64,000 nucleotides of DNA, from contig OZ024740.1 in assembly GCA_964016885.1 (NCBI GenBank), forward strand, positions 10,044,001 to 10,108,000. Direction: 5' to 3'. The position numbers and the translations under genes are program-made. This document shows positions 11,257 through 24,300 of the stretch, piece by piece. The stretch's first letter is position 1, and each line of letters begins with the position of its first letter. Under the pieces are notes generated by a model that did no database searches, had not been told where the DNA came from, and saw only the letters and a program-made list of their open reading frames with translations. The DNA comes from Eledone cirrhosa (Eukaryota).

Positions 11257-13163
11257 TATGTTATCTCTTTCTCTAAATTTCGAGTATATTTTTTTTTGAC
11301 CGGCCACCTTCCTGGTGGCAAGGTTGTAAAAGAAAAGAAATTGTCATCCCTTGAATCGCAAGAATGTTTTTCAAATTTTGAAGGTGCCAGCTATCGCAGC
11401 CATTTGTATACTATGAATTAGGGAGCTGCGTTCTTTGTCCGCAAATCCAAGTTCAGTCATACTTTGGTCCAAGCGGGTTGGTATATAACCCGTAGCTCCA
11501 ATAATGATGGGTATGAAGCTAAAGGTGTATCTTGGATACTGGATTTGTAAACTCCTCATCAATGGTCTGTAGATGTCCTCCTTCTCCTGTATTTTTCTGA
11601 CAACGTTTACATCAAGTGGGCAGCTGATCTCCACAACAGAACACGTTTTCAATGTGTGGTCCCAAACAACAATATCAGGCCGGTTGGTGGCAGTTTTTAT
11701 TTTCAGGTTCCACCAGTATTCCTTAGTGCCATCTGTCTCAATATATTCTTCCTCGTTTGTTGTTAATTTTGTTTTCCGAAGTGCGTTCCAGATGGTTCTA
11801 GCTATCCCATCGTGTCTCGTGGGGAGGTAGTAGCGAGATGACATTCTTTCGCAGCCGGCAACAATGTGGCTTACATCCTCCATCTTTGTTTTACATAGCC
11901 TACATTTATTGTCACCTGATGGCCCTCCCCTTTTGTGCAGCAGATATTTGGTAGGGAGTTCTTGTTCCTGTATTGCATAGAGATATCCCTCAAGGTGTGA
12001 TGTCATAAACCTGTCGGAACTCCATGCCAGGCTTTTTGAGTGGTTTATCCCCTCTATGGTCTGTGTTTTACGTCTCAAGTATCCATGCACAACTTTTTCT
12101 GTAAATTGGTCAATTTTTTTCATCTTGTTTGAACATTGAATAGGATCTTCCGATTTCTCTGGGTGAGAGATTTATATCAGGCTATATTCCATATCTCTCC
12201 TCCAGATCAGTCGTTATTCTAATGATATATTCTTTTTCATGCTCATAAACCTGGGCAAGATGGTTGCTAACCTTTTTCCTCTGTTGAAGATGTTGCTTCA
12301 GTGTTACTATCCGGGTCTCATATGTTGTTAATATGGATTTTGATGTTAAAGTTCCCAGTAACACTGAGAAGTTTGCGAGTTCTAACATCCATCTCACTTA
12401 GTTCTTGCAATGACCAGTTCAGCAGGCCAAATGTTGGCACAGCATAAGTATTGTGGGCAATGTATTTGTTGTACGCAGACAATTCTGATGACCATATTTT
12501 CTTTACTCTTCTGAGGTATTCAGTTCTGGTTCTCTCCTTATTTATGGGTCCATCATATCTGACATTCTCATCCTGTTCAAGATATCTGTAGTTGTCACCT
12601 GACTGTAGAGGTTGTATTGTCAGGCCGTTCATCTCTAGATTTCTAGAGGAGGGCACACAGCTCTTCCACGTTTTACTGCCAAATATGCACACTTGGACTC
12701 ACCAAATTTCATTTTGATGTCTGTTGAAAATTGTGTAATGAGGTCCAATTGTTTCTTGATGTCATTGATATTTGGCCCATACAACTTCAGGTCATCAACA
12801 AAGAAAAGATGGGAGATACTTCTGGACCCACTTCTTTGTCCACCTTGTTTCCTGAGTAGGTAAGATAGTGGACTTAGTGAGAGAACGAAGAGTAGCACTG
12901 ACAAGCTATCACCCTGAAAGATGCCCTTCTGGTAATGTATCTTATCAGTCTTAATTTGCTCCTTCTCACCTTTAAGGATCAAATTGGTGTACCAGTTCTT
13001 GGTCAGACGTTCAACAGCAGCTACCAGTGGCTATGGGACTTTGGCTAACTGTAAAGCCTTAACAATCCACCCATGAGGTACACTATCAAATGCTTTTTGA
13101 TAGTCCAACCACACCACAGTCATGTTTCTGCGATTCTTTGTTGTTTTTTCTTGAATCATTTTG
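11257..13163 (-). mobile_element. R4/Dong-clade non-LTR retrotransposon, 5'-truncated and frameshifted (RT, CCHC, restriction-like endonuclease)
   Basis: WLDYQKAFDSVPH, GIFQGDSLS.LLF, HLFFVDDLKLY, YRYLE, AIQEQ.LPT, CRLC....EDVSHIVAGC...Y..RHD, NRPDIVVWD...VEISCP and PIIIGATG, spread across ORFs 11371-13354. Confidence 0.9.
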
Positions 13164-13205
13164 GTATGTATGTATGTATGTATGTATGTATGTATGTATG
13201 TCAGG

Positions 13206-13808
13206 TCACCAGTTGGTGCTACTGGTAACATGTATCCCAGTACTACCTGTCTCATGGTCGGGTCGTTGGCGACTAAACTGGCAACCCCACCAAGGTTTCT
13301 TGGTGAGGAGGGTGACTTTGGACATCCTGCAGGACTAAAAACAAAACCTGTCAAAGGGCAAAGGAGCTCTTAAGAGTCAATGGCCATCCAAAATCACCGG
13401 GAGAGATGACCCCTTAGCCTTTGTCAAGGCAGAATTCTAGGAGAAGGAAAACTCTGATATAACACCTGCAACCCTGATGGTATCCAATGATGTTGACTTG
13501 TTCTTCTTTTTGGTAAATATCATCTTGGTTAAGAGAGTGGGACTGGCTTTGTGAAGTGCCTTTGCTCACTATAAAAGCTTCACGGCACAGGCATTGCTTT
13601 ATATTTGGAGATCTCTCTGCACTTGTCATCACATGGTACCATGGGCCCAGCACTATGTGTCAATAATTGTCACAAGTGTAGTGTTTGTACCAGAGTTTTC
13701 AAGTCGCTGGCTGGACTAAAAAGTCACACTCGTTCAGCGCATCGGTAGGGGTTCTCCTACATGAATATAAAGTAGTGGCCGTACTCGAAAACGAGTTGGC
13801 AGCTACCA
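13206..13808 (+). mobile_element. About 600-bp non-autonomous RTE-derived retroposon, apparently full length
   Basis: The 3' ~150 bp match the RTE 3' end at 14181-14333. A second full copy is at 31766-32362. (TATG)n lies on both sides. Confidence 0.8.
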
Positions 13809-13961
13809 TGTATGTATGTATGTGTGTGTGTATGTATATATGTATGTATATGCATGTATGTGTGTATGTATGTGTATATATGTATATGTATGTATGCATG
13901 TGTGTATATGTATATATGTATGTGTATGTATGCATGTGTGTATGTATGTATGTATGTATGT

Positions 13962-14333
13962 GTTGGCCTTCCCGAAGGCACTGACAGACGGCCTGACCTG
14001 ACATATGAGACCTGTAATAAGGTTTGTCTGAGCATAGCATATCTAAAGAGTCACCTGAGAGTGCACAAGAACAGGGAAGCAGGCACCTGTGGAGCTATAA
14101 GTGTTCATCAGACGACGACATGTAATGTTTGTGGAAGGGTATGCAGGTCGAGTAGTGATCTCACACGACACCTTGGGTCACATGTCAATAATTGTCACAA
14201 GTGTAGTGTTTGTACCAGAGTTTTCAAGTCGCTGGCTGGACTAAAAAGTCACACTCGTTCAGTGCATCGGTGGGGGTTCTCCTACATGGATATAAAGTAG
14301 TGGCCGTACTTGAAAACGAGTTGGCAGCCACCA
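13962..14333 (+). mobile_element. RTE LINE 3' end with C2H2-like fingers and (TATG)n tail
   Basis: CNVCGRVCRSSSDLTRHLGSH and CSVCTRVFKSLAGLKSHTRSVH, then a short UTR and a (TATG)n tail to ~14590. Confidence 0.72.
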
Positions 14334-14898
14334 TATATGTGTAAGTATGTGTATGTGTATATATGTATGTGTATGTATGTATGTATATGTATGTATATGT
14401 GTATGTATGTATGTGTATGTATATGTGTATGTATGTATGTGTATGTATGTATGTGTATGTATGTATGTGAATGTATATGTGTATGTATGTATGTATGTGT
14501 ATGTATGTATATGTATATGTGTATGTATGTATGTATGTATGTATGTATGTATGTATGTATGTATGTATGTATGTATGTATGTATGTGTATGTGAGAGTAG
14601 GTGGGGAGTTAAGTGTCAATGTAGTTGATATCCCAGAGGAATGTTCTCTCTCCATCAGTCATGACAATATTTCACACTTGTGTAACAGTTTAACATCGAT
14701 TCTCTTGCATCTAATTAGCTTAGTAGATACAAGGTCTTGGTTCGCTAAGGAGGTCAAATAGGACTAAAGCGTGCTTAAAGTTATCACCCCTACATGCCAA
14801 AATATTAACATTGGTGATTGAGTTGTTTCTCTTTTCACCCGAAACCAGTAAAATAACAAAATAATAAATATTTGTAAATACACCAATATATATATTTA

Positions 14899-15016
14899 AT
14901 ATAGAAAAGCTTCTACAAGACAAGAACTGTTTCATTCGGGAGAAATCATCAGGAGCATGTTCCTGATGATTTCTCCCGAATAAAACAGTTCTTGTCCTGT
15001 AGAAGCCTTTCTATAT
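14899..15016. repeat. Near-perfect ~118-bp palindrome of a dispersed repeat
   Basis: Centre at GCATGT (~14957). The arms are related to 2700-2750 and contain CTGATGA..GAAAC. Confidence 0.85.
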
Positions 15017-15087
15017 CGATATTTATACTCTGCTTTGTATTGAGTACCTTACTTACTGTGGTTGCCCCCAATTGAACCTGGGATAAA

Positions 15088-15134
<47 letters not shown>

Positions 15135-15689
15135 GGACGTTTTGGAAGCCTCAACAATGCAGATGGGTAAATCTCCGGGTAACAATCAGGTGGTAATGAG
15201 AGAGAGATGTAAGAGGAAATGTAGAATGAGACATATAGTATGTAGAGGAATGCAGGAAAGAGTGTAAAAATAATAACACAAGATAGAGTTACCTTGGAAG
15301 TGATTTAATTGTCCCTATATTTCGGATTTCGCATCCATCAACTGGGGGTTTTCCTATGGGGAAAGTTTTTAGTCGGAGAGGGACAACACGTGGCCTCTGT
15401 TGTCTAGCGTTTGTATATATATATATATTTATATTTATATATGTGTGTGTGAGTGTGTGTCTGTGGGTGTGTGTATGCATACGCACATGTATACACACAC
15501 AAACACACATACACATATATATATTTGTGTTATTGGGTGTTTCCTAACTGGTAGCCGGTGGGGCGATTGTGTTGCTCAACTCGGGAAAATTATGGTGTAA
15601 TAAGGAGAGAGCACTCGACGTCATCTGTATTGTACCAATTTCGCATCAAGAAAGTTCCTCTCCGAGGCACAACCCCGGACAAGATGATT

Positions 15690-15940
15690 TTGTGGAAGAC
15701 CAACAGTCAGCTATGTATACCAGTCTCCTCTCACCACGCCTCTGATGTTTTCCAAAGGAGAGGCGAAGGTAGATACAGCTTGGCACCAGTGACGTCACAA
15801 CTCATTTCTACAGATGAGTAAAGTGGAGCAACGTGAAACTAAAATGTCTTGCTCAAGGACACAACACACCAACCTGTCCGGAAATCGAACACACAACCTC
15901 GCGATTCTATATCCAATTTTCTAGCCATTAAACAACGCAT
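15690..15940 (-). mobile_element. tRNA-derived SINE
   Basis: Box B-like GTTCGATTTCC and TGTCCTTGAGCAAGAC central motif. Same family as 42087-42360. Confidence 0.72.
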
Positions 15941-15971
15941 ATTTACACACACACACAGACACACACACGCG

Positions 15972-16061
<90 letters not shown>

Positions 16062-16093
16062 TATATACATACTTGCGTAAATATGCACATGTG

Positions 16094-16390
16094 AAGGCGC
16101 GTGGCTTTGTGGTTAGGGTATTCGGCTCACTATCGTAAGGTTGTGAGTTCGATTCCCAACGGCACGTTGTGTCATGTTCCGCCAATCCCCTCAGCTGGCA
16201 AAACTGAGTTGTACCTGTAGTTCGAATAGCCATCCTTGTCATATTCTGTGCCATGCTGAATCTTCCTGAGAATTATACTAAAGATACGCCTGTTTGTGAA
16301 ATGCTCAGCCATTTACACGTTAGTTTCATGAGCAGGCTGTTCTGTTGATCGTATCAATAGTCGTCGTCGTAACCGACGGAGTGACACTAA
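16094..16390 (+). mobile_element. tRNA-derived SINE
   Basis: Box A TGGCTTTGTGG and box B GTTCGATTCC in a tRNA-like head. Confidence 0.78.
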
Positions 16391-17354
16391 AACTAGAACA
16401 TATGCACATATATATAGTTGCATATGATTTTGTTAAATAACTGATTTCATTCATTGGAATGCGGTCATGCTCCGCTTTCAACAGATTTCAGTCGATCGTG
16501 TTCACACCAATACATCCACCCCAATACATCCACCCCAGTACATTTCATACCAATACATCCACCCTAGTACATTTCATACCAGTACATTCACACTAGTACA
16601 TATTTCAACCTGGTATTTATGTTGATATCTTCCATTGAATGTTTAAGCTAACAATTTCATAATGCACTAGTTATTTTTTTTATTCAATCGGCAGTTTTTC
16701 TGTGAAACTCATAAATAAAAACGCGTACTCTGGTCTCAAATAATAGGGGAGGTAGAATAAGTGGGGAGTGGAGTTGGTTTAAGCGGGGAGGGGGCTTATT
16801 TTGCTCGGTTGTCTCCGTTGATTTAAAAAACTCCCAGAATTGGTCGTTTAGTTTACATATTGAGACCTCCAACCCATCCTATATATTTTATAACGTATGG
16901 GATTTGTCATATACAATGTTTTTAACGTATAAAGAAAGTAAATTGTCGCAGGAATGCTACCACTTAAAATAAAATTTCTCTGGAGATATATTAGTAATAT
17001 TTAATAAACGGGGGCTGAGGTGTTAGGATAAGAGCGGTGGCGGTGGGGAAGAGGAAAAATCTGAAACATTGATAAGCGAGGGGATGAGCATTATTGTGAC
17101 GGGAGTGTACATACACCCGTATGTCACAAACATACACACACACGCACCCATATATCGACACCCATTCATCTACAATTATATATGTGCCAAAACACATTGC
17201 TCTATGCACACCTCTATCAACGGTGTGTAGAATCTGTTATTATTTAACAGACTATTTCCTCATATCTAAAGGTTTCGTGCGGTTGTTGTAGGGTAGTCCT
17301 TTGTGATACTGTACCGCAACACAGATCAACTATATCAACATCTATAAAAGATCT

Positions 17355-17534
17355 AGTTGATGTAGCAGATGTAACAGATGTAGCAGATGTAGTAGATGTA
17401 ACAGATGTAGTAGATGTAACAGATGTAGCAGATGTAGTAGATGTAACAGATGTAGTAGATGTAACAGATGTAGTAGATGTAACAGATGTAACAGATGTAG
17501 TAGATGTAACAGATATAACAGATGTAACAGATGT
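17355..17534. repeat. 9-bp minisatellite (AGATGTAAC/AGATGTAGT)n
   Basis: Read directly from the sequence, about 20 units. Confidence 0.95.
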
Positions 17535-18350
17535 AGGGCCTCTATTAGTCTCCTTCTTAATGACGACCCAGACGTTGTAGTGAAATGGGTCCAAGTCTAG
17601 AGAGCTAGGAGGCCAAATAATGGTTTCTGATTTAGGCACAAGGCTAACCATTTGGGGGGAGACGAAAGTCGATTAAATCGACCCCAGTACGCTACTGGTA
17701 CTTTATTTTATCGATCCCGTAAGGATGAAAGGTAAAGCTAACTTCGGTGGGATTTGAACTCAGCCCATAAAGTGACGTAAAATGTGCACGCATGTGCAGA
17801 TATAACGCATGCTGTCCGGCGCTCTACCGATACTGCCAATCCACCGCGCTTTCTGAGGTCAAATATAAAGAGTGAGATAATCGTAAAAATGTTGGGCCAG
17901 TCACACCTGAGTTGTGAGGTCTGTGTGAAAAGTCTTGCTAGAATATGGACAGCCCTACACTCACCTTCCGATTCATGTTTTAATAACTGTGTCTTGTGTC
18001 ACGATGTAGGCGGAGCCAGTGACCCAGTGACCCTGAAGGAAGAAGTGGGGCGGCATGATGTTTTCCTTGCTACTCACAACCCCTCCCCTATGACCAAGAC
18101 GGGTGACATTAGTTTGATGTGTATGTGAGGACCCCAGTAAGGTTGTAACAGAACCTCCTGTCATTCCTCCTATTTACCTTTTGTTCTTGGAGAAAGTTCT
18201 TCTCATTTGAGATGAACCACAGCTGGTTTCCTGTGAGTATCTCAGCTTGTTCAGCAAGTTCCACCTTCGATCGTATCGCACGGTTCTACTGGGTCCTATC
18301 GGATTTGAGCTACTCTTGTCTTTGTACAGCATACCTCTGATTGTGGACAC
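17535..18350 (-). pseudogene. Decayed Tc1/mariner (DD37D/maT-like) transposase
   Basis: Colinear motifs across frames: LLNKL, LWFISNEKNFLQEQKVNRRNDR (FSDEK), GVVSS..IMPPHFF, F*QD, *LAQHF and IWPPSSLDLDPFHYNVWVVIKKETN (WPPxSPDLNPLDY). Confidence 0.85.
17620..17854 (-). mobile_element. tRNA-derived SINE (Meta-domain-like core) inserted in the transposase
   Basis: Core GGTACTTTATTTTATCGAYCCCGTAAGGATGAAAGG..GGATTTGAACTCAG. Candidate TSD GAGGYCAAATA at 17609-17619 and 17855-17865. Confidence 0.82.
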
Positions 18351-21300
18351 CAACACACCTCTGATTGTGGACACCAGCACACGTCTGGTTGTGGACACTA
18401 GTATATGTCTGGTTGTAGACACCAGTATATGTCTGGTCGTGGTCACCAGTATATGTCTGGTTGTGGTCACTAGTATATGTCTGGTTGTAGACACCAGTAT
18501 ATGTCTGGTTGTAGACACCAGTATATGTCTGGTTGTAGACACCAGTATATGTCTGGTTGTAGACACCAGTATATGTCTGGTCGTGGTCACCAGTATATGT
18601 CTGGTTGTGGTCACTAGTATATGTCTGGTTGTGATCACCAGTATATGTCTGGTTGTGGACACCAGTATATGTCTGGTTGTAGACACCAGTATATGTCTGG
18701 TTGTGGACACCAGTATATGTCTGGTCGTGGTCACCAGTATATGTCTGGTTGTGGTCACTAGTATATGTCTGGTTGTAGACACCAGTATATGTCTGGTTGT
18801 GGTCACCAGCACACGTCTGGTTGTAGACACCAGTATATGTCTGGTTGTAGACACCAGTATATGTCTGGTTGTAGACACCAGTATATGTCTGGTTGTGGTC
18901 ACCAGTATATGTCTGGTTGTAGACACCAGTATATGTCTGGTTGTGGTCACCAGTATATGTCTGGTTGTGGACACCAGTATATGTCTGGTCGTGGTCACCA
19001 GTATATGTCTGGTTGTAGACACCAGTATATGTCTGGTTGTGGTCACCAGTATATGTCTGGTTGTGGTCACTAGTATATGTCTGGTCGTGGTCACCAGTAT
19101 ATGTCTGGTTGTGGTCACCAGTATATGTCTGGTTGTGGACACCAGTATATGTCTGGTTGTAGACACCAGTATATGTCTGGTTGTAGACACCAGTATATGT
19201 CTGGTTGTAGACACCAGTATATGTCTGGTTGTAGACACCAGTATATGTCTGGTTGTAGACACCAGTATATGTCTGGTTGTAGACACCAGTACACATCTGG
19301 TTGTAGACACCAGTATATGTCTGGTTGTAGACACCAGTATATGTCTGGTTGTGGACACCAGTATATGTCTGGTTGTGGACACCAGTATATGTCTGGTTGT
19401 GGACACCAGTATATGTCTGGTTGTGGTCACCAGTATATGTCTGGTTGTAGACACCAGTATATGTCTGGTTGTAGACACCAGTATATGTCTGGTTGTAGAC
19501 ACCAGTACACATCTGGTTGTGGTCACCAGTATATGTCTGGTTGTGGACACCAGTACACATCTGGTTGTAGACACCAGTATATGTCTGGTTGTAGACACCA
19601 GTACACATCTGGTTGTGGTCACCAGTATATGTCTGGTTGTGATCACCAGTATATGTCTGGTTGTGGACACCAGTATATGTCTGGTTGTGGACACCAGTAT
19701 ATGTCTGGTTGTGGACACCAGTATATGTCTGGTCGTGGTCACCAGTATATGTCTGGTTGTAGACACCAGTATATGTCTGGTTGTGGACACCAGTACACAT
19801 CTGGTTGTAGACACCAGTATATGTCTGGTTGTAGACACCAGTACACATCTGGTTGTGGTCACCAGTATATGTCTGGTTGTGATCACCAGTATATGTCTGG
19901 TTGTGGACACCAGTATATGTCTGGTTGTGGACACCAGTATATGTCTGGTTGTGGACACCAGTATATGTCTGGTCGTGGTCACCAGTATATGTCTGGTTGT
20001 AGACACCAGTATATGTCTGGTTGTAGACACCAGTATATGTCTGGTTGTGGACACCAGTATATGTCTGGTTGTGGACACCAGTATATGTCTGGTTGTAGAC
20101 ACCAGTATATGTCTGGTTGTAGACACCAGTATATGTCTGGTTGTAGACACCAGTATATGTCTGGTTGTAGACACCAGTATATGTCTGGTTGTAGACACCA
20201 GTATGTCTGGTTGTAGACACCAGTATATATCTGGTTGTGGACACCAGTATATGTCTGGTCGTGGTCACCAGTATATGTCTGGTCGTGGTCACCAGTATAT
20301 GTCTGGTTGTAGACACCAGTATATGTCTGGTTGTGGACACCAGTATATGTCTGGTCGTGGTCACCAGTATATGTCTGGTTGTAGACACCAGTATATGTCT
20401 GGTTGTGGACACCAGTATATGTCTGGTTGTGGTCACCAGTATATGTCTGGTTGTGGACACCAGTATATGTCTGGTTGTGGACACCAGTATATGTCTGGTC
20501 GTGGTCACCAGTATATGTCTGGTTGTAGACACCAGTATATGTCTGGTTGTAGACACCAGTATATGTCTGGTTGTAGACACCAGTATATGTCTGGTTGTAG
20601 ACACCAGTATATGTCTGGTTGTGGTCACTAGTATATGTCTGGTTGTAGACACCAGTATATGTCTGGTTGTGGTCACCAGTATATGTCTGGTTGTGGACAC
20701 CAGTATATGTCTGGTTGTAGACACCAGTATATGTCTGGTTGTAGACACCAGTATATGTCTGGTTGTGGACACCAGTATATATCTGGTTGTAGACACCAGT
20801 ATATGTCTGGTTGTAGACACCAGTATATGTCTGGTTGTGGTCACCAGTATATGTCTGGTTGTGGTCACCAGTATATGTCTGGTTGTGGTCACCAGTATAT
20901 GTCTGGTTGTAGACACCAGTATATATCTGGTTGTGGACACCAGTATATGTCTGGTTGTAGACACCAGTATATGTCTGGTTGTAGACACCAGTATATGTCT
21001 GGTTGTAGACACCAGTATATGTCTGGTTGTGGTCACTAGTATATGTCTGGTTGTGGTCACCAGTATATGTCTGGTTGTAGACACCAGTATATGTCTGGTT
21101 GTAGACACCAGTATATGTCTGGTTGTGGACACCAGTATATGTCTGGTTGTGGTCACCAGTATATGTCTGGTTGTAGACACCAGTATATGTCTGGTTGTAG
21201 ACACCAGTATATGTCTGGTTGTGGTCACCAGTATATGTCTGGTTGTAGACACCAGTATATGTCTGGTTCTGGTCACCAGTATATATCTGGTTGTAGACAC

Positions 21301-24300
21301 CAGTATATGTCTGGTTGTGGTCACCAGTATATGTCTGGTTGTAGACACCAGTATATGTCTGGTTGTGGTCACCAGTATATGTCTGGTTGTGGTCACCAGT
21401 ATATGTCTGGTTGTGGTCACCAGTATATGTCTGGTTGTAGACACCAGTATATGTCTGGTTGTAGACACCAGTATATGTCTGGTTGTAGACACCAGTATAT
21501 GTCTGGTTGTGGACACCAGTACATGTCTGGTTGTAGACACCAGTATATGTCTGGTTGTAGACACCAGTATATGTCTGGTTGTGGTCACCAGTATATGTCT
21601 GGTTGTGGACACCAGTATATGTCTGGTTGTAGACACCAGTATATGTCTGGTTGTGGTCACCAGTATATGTCTGGTTGTAGACACCAGTATAGGTCTGGTT
21701 GTGGACACCAGTATATGTCTGGTTGTGGACACCAGTACATGTCTGGTTGTAGACACCAGTATATGTCTGGTTGTGGACACTAGTATATGTCTGGTTGTAG
21801 ACACCAGTATATGTCTGGTTGTGGACACCAGTATATGTCTGGTTGTGGACACCAGTATATGTCTGGTTGTGGACACCAGTATATGTCTGGTTGTGGTCAC
21901 CAGTATATGTCTGGTTGTGGTCACCAGTATATGTCTGGTTGTGGACACCAGTATATGTCTGGTTGTAGACACCAGTATATGTCTGGTTGTAGACACCAGT
22001 ATATGTCTGGTTGTGGTCACCAGTATATGTCTGGTTGTAGACACCAGTATATGTCTGGTTGTGGACACCAGTATATGTCTGGTTGTGGTCACCAGTATAT
22101 GTCTGGTTGTGGTCACCAGTATATGTCTGGTTGTAGACACCAGTATATGTCTGGTTGTGGACACCAGTACATGTCTGGTTGTAGACACCAGTATATGTCT
22201 GGTTGTGGACACTAGTATATGTCTGGTTGTGGTCACCAGTATATGTCTGGTTGTGGACACCAGTATATGTCTGGTTGTAGACACCAGTATATGTCTGGTT
22301 GTGGACACCAGTATATGCCTGGTTGTAGACACCAGTATATGTCTGGTTGTGGACACCAGCACACGTCTGGTTGTGGACACCAGTATATGTCTGGTTGTAG
22401 ACACCAGTATATGTCTGGTTGTGGTCACCAGTACACATCTGGTTGTAGACACCAGTATATGTCTGGTTGTGGTCACCAGTATATGTCTGGTTGTGGACAC
22501 CAGTATATGTCTGGTTGTGGACACCAGTATATGTCTGGTTGTAGACACCAGTATATGTCTGGTTGTGGTCACCAGTATATGTCTGGTTGTGGACACCAGT
22601 ATATGTCTGGTTGTGGACACCAGTATATGTCTGGTTGTAGACACCAGTATATGTCTGGTTGTGGTCACCAGTATATGTCTGGTTGTAGACACCAGTATAT
22701 GTCTGGTTGTAGACACCAGTATATGTCTGGTTGTGGACACCAGTATATGTCTGGTTGTAGACACCAGTATATGTCTGGTTGTGGACACCAGTATATGTCT
22801 GGTTGTAGACACCAGTATATGTCTGGTTGTAGACACCAGTATATGTCTGGTTGTAGACACCAGCACACGTCTGGTTGTGGACACCAGTATATGTCTGGTT
22901 GTAGACACCAGTATATGTCTGGTTGTGGACACCAGTATATGTCTGGTTGTAGACACCAGTATATGTCTGGTTGTAGACACCAGCACACGTCTGGTTGTGG
23001 ACACCAGTATATGTCTGGTTGTGGACACCAGCACACGTCTGGTTGTAGACACCAGTATATGTCTGGTTGTGGACACCAGTATATGTCTGTCTGTGGACAC
23101 CAGTATATGTCTGGTTGTGGACACCAGCACACATCTGGTTGTGGACACCAGTATATGTCTGGTTGTAGACATCAGTATATGTCTGGTTGTAGACACCAGT
23201 ATATGTCTGGTTGTAGACATCAGTATATGTCTGGTTGTGGACACCAGCACACATCTGGTTGTGGACACCAGTATATGTCTGGTTGTAGACACCTGTATAT
23301 GTCTGGTTGTAGACACCAGTATATGTCTGGTTGTAGACACCAGTATATGTCTGGTTGTAGACACCAGTATATGTCTGGTTGTGGACACCAGCACACATCT
23401 GGTTGTGGACACCAGTATATGTCTGGTTGTAGACACCAGTATATGTCTGGTTGTAGACACCAGTATATGTTTGGTTGTAGACACCAGTATATGTCTGGTT
23501 GTGGACACCAGCGCACATCTGGTTGTAGACACCAGTATATGTCTGGTTGTAGACACCAGCACACGTCTGGTTGTAGACACCAGTATATGTCTGGTTGTAG
23601 ACACCAGTATATGTCTGGTTGTAGACACCAGTATATGTCTGGTTGTAGACACCAGTATATGTCTGGTTGTGGACACCAGCACACACCTGGTTGTAGACAC
23701 CAGTATATGTCTGGTTGTAGACACCAGTATATGTCTGGTTGTGGACACCAGCACACACCTGGTTGTAGACACCAGTATATGTCTGGTTGTAGACACCAGT
23801 ATATGTCTGGTTGTGGACACCAGCACACACCTGGTTGTAGACACCAGTATATGTCTGGTTGTAGACACCAGTATATGTCTGGTTGTGGACACCAGCACAC
23901 ACCTGGTTGTAGACACCAGCACACACCTGGTTGTAGACACCAGTATATGTCTGGTTGTAGACACCAGTATATGTCTGGTTGTGGACACCAGCACACACCT
24001 GGTTGTAGACACCAGCACACACCTGGTTGTAGACACCAGTATATGTCTGGTTGTAGACACCAGCACACGTCTGGTTGTAGACACCAGTATATGTCTGGTT
24101 GTAGACACCAGTATATGCCTGGTTGTAGACACCAGTATATGTCTGGTTGTAGATACCAGTATATGTCTGGTCGTGGTCACCAGTATATGTCTGGTTGTAG
24201 ACACCAGTATATGTCTGGTTGTGGTCACCAGTATATGTCTGGTTGTGGTCACCAGTATATGTCTGGTTGTAGACACCAGTATATGTCTGGTTGTAGACAC

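Noticed and set aside
13812-14300. Host C2H2 zinc-finger gene
   Set aside because: The fingers lack TGEKP linkers, end in a repeat tail, and are shared with dispersed retroposon copies, which fits an RTE C-terminus.
16094-16165. tRNA gene
   Set aside because: It has A and B boxes but no proper acceptor stem, and it continues into a SINE body.
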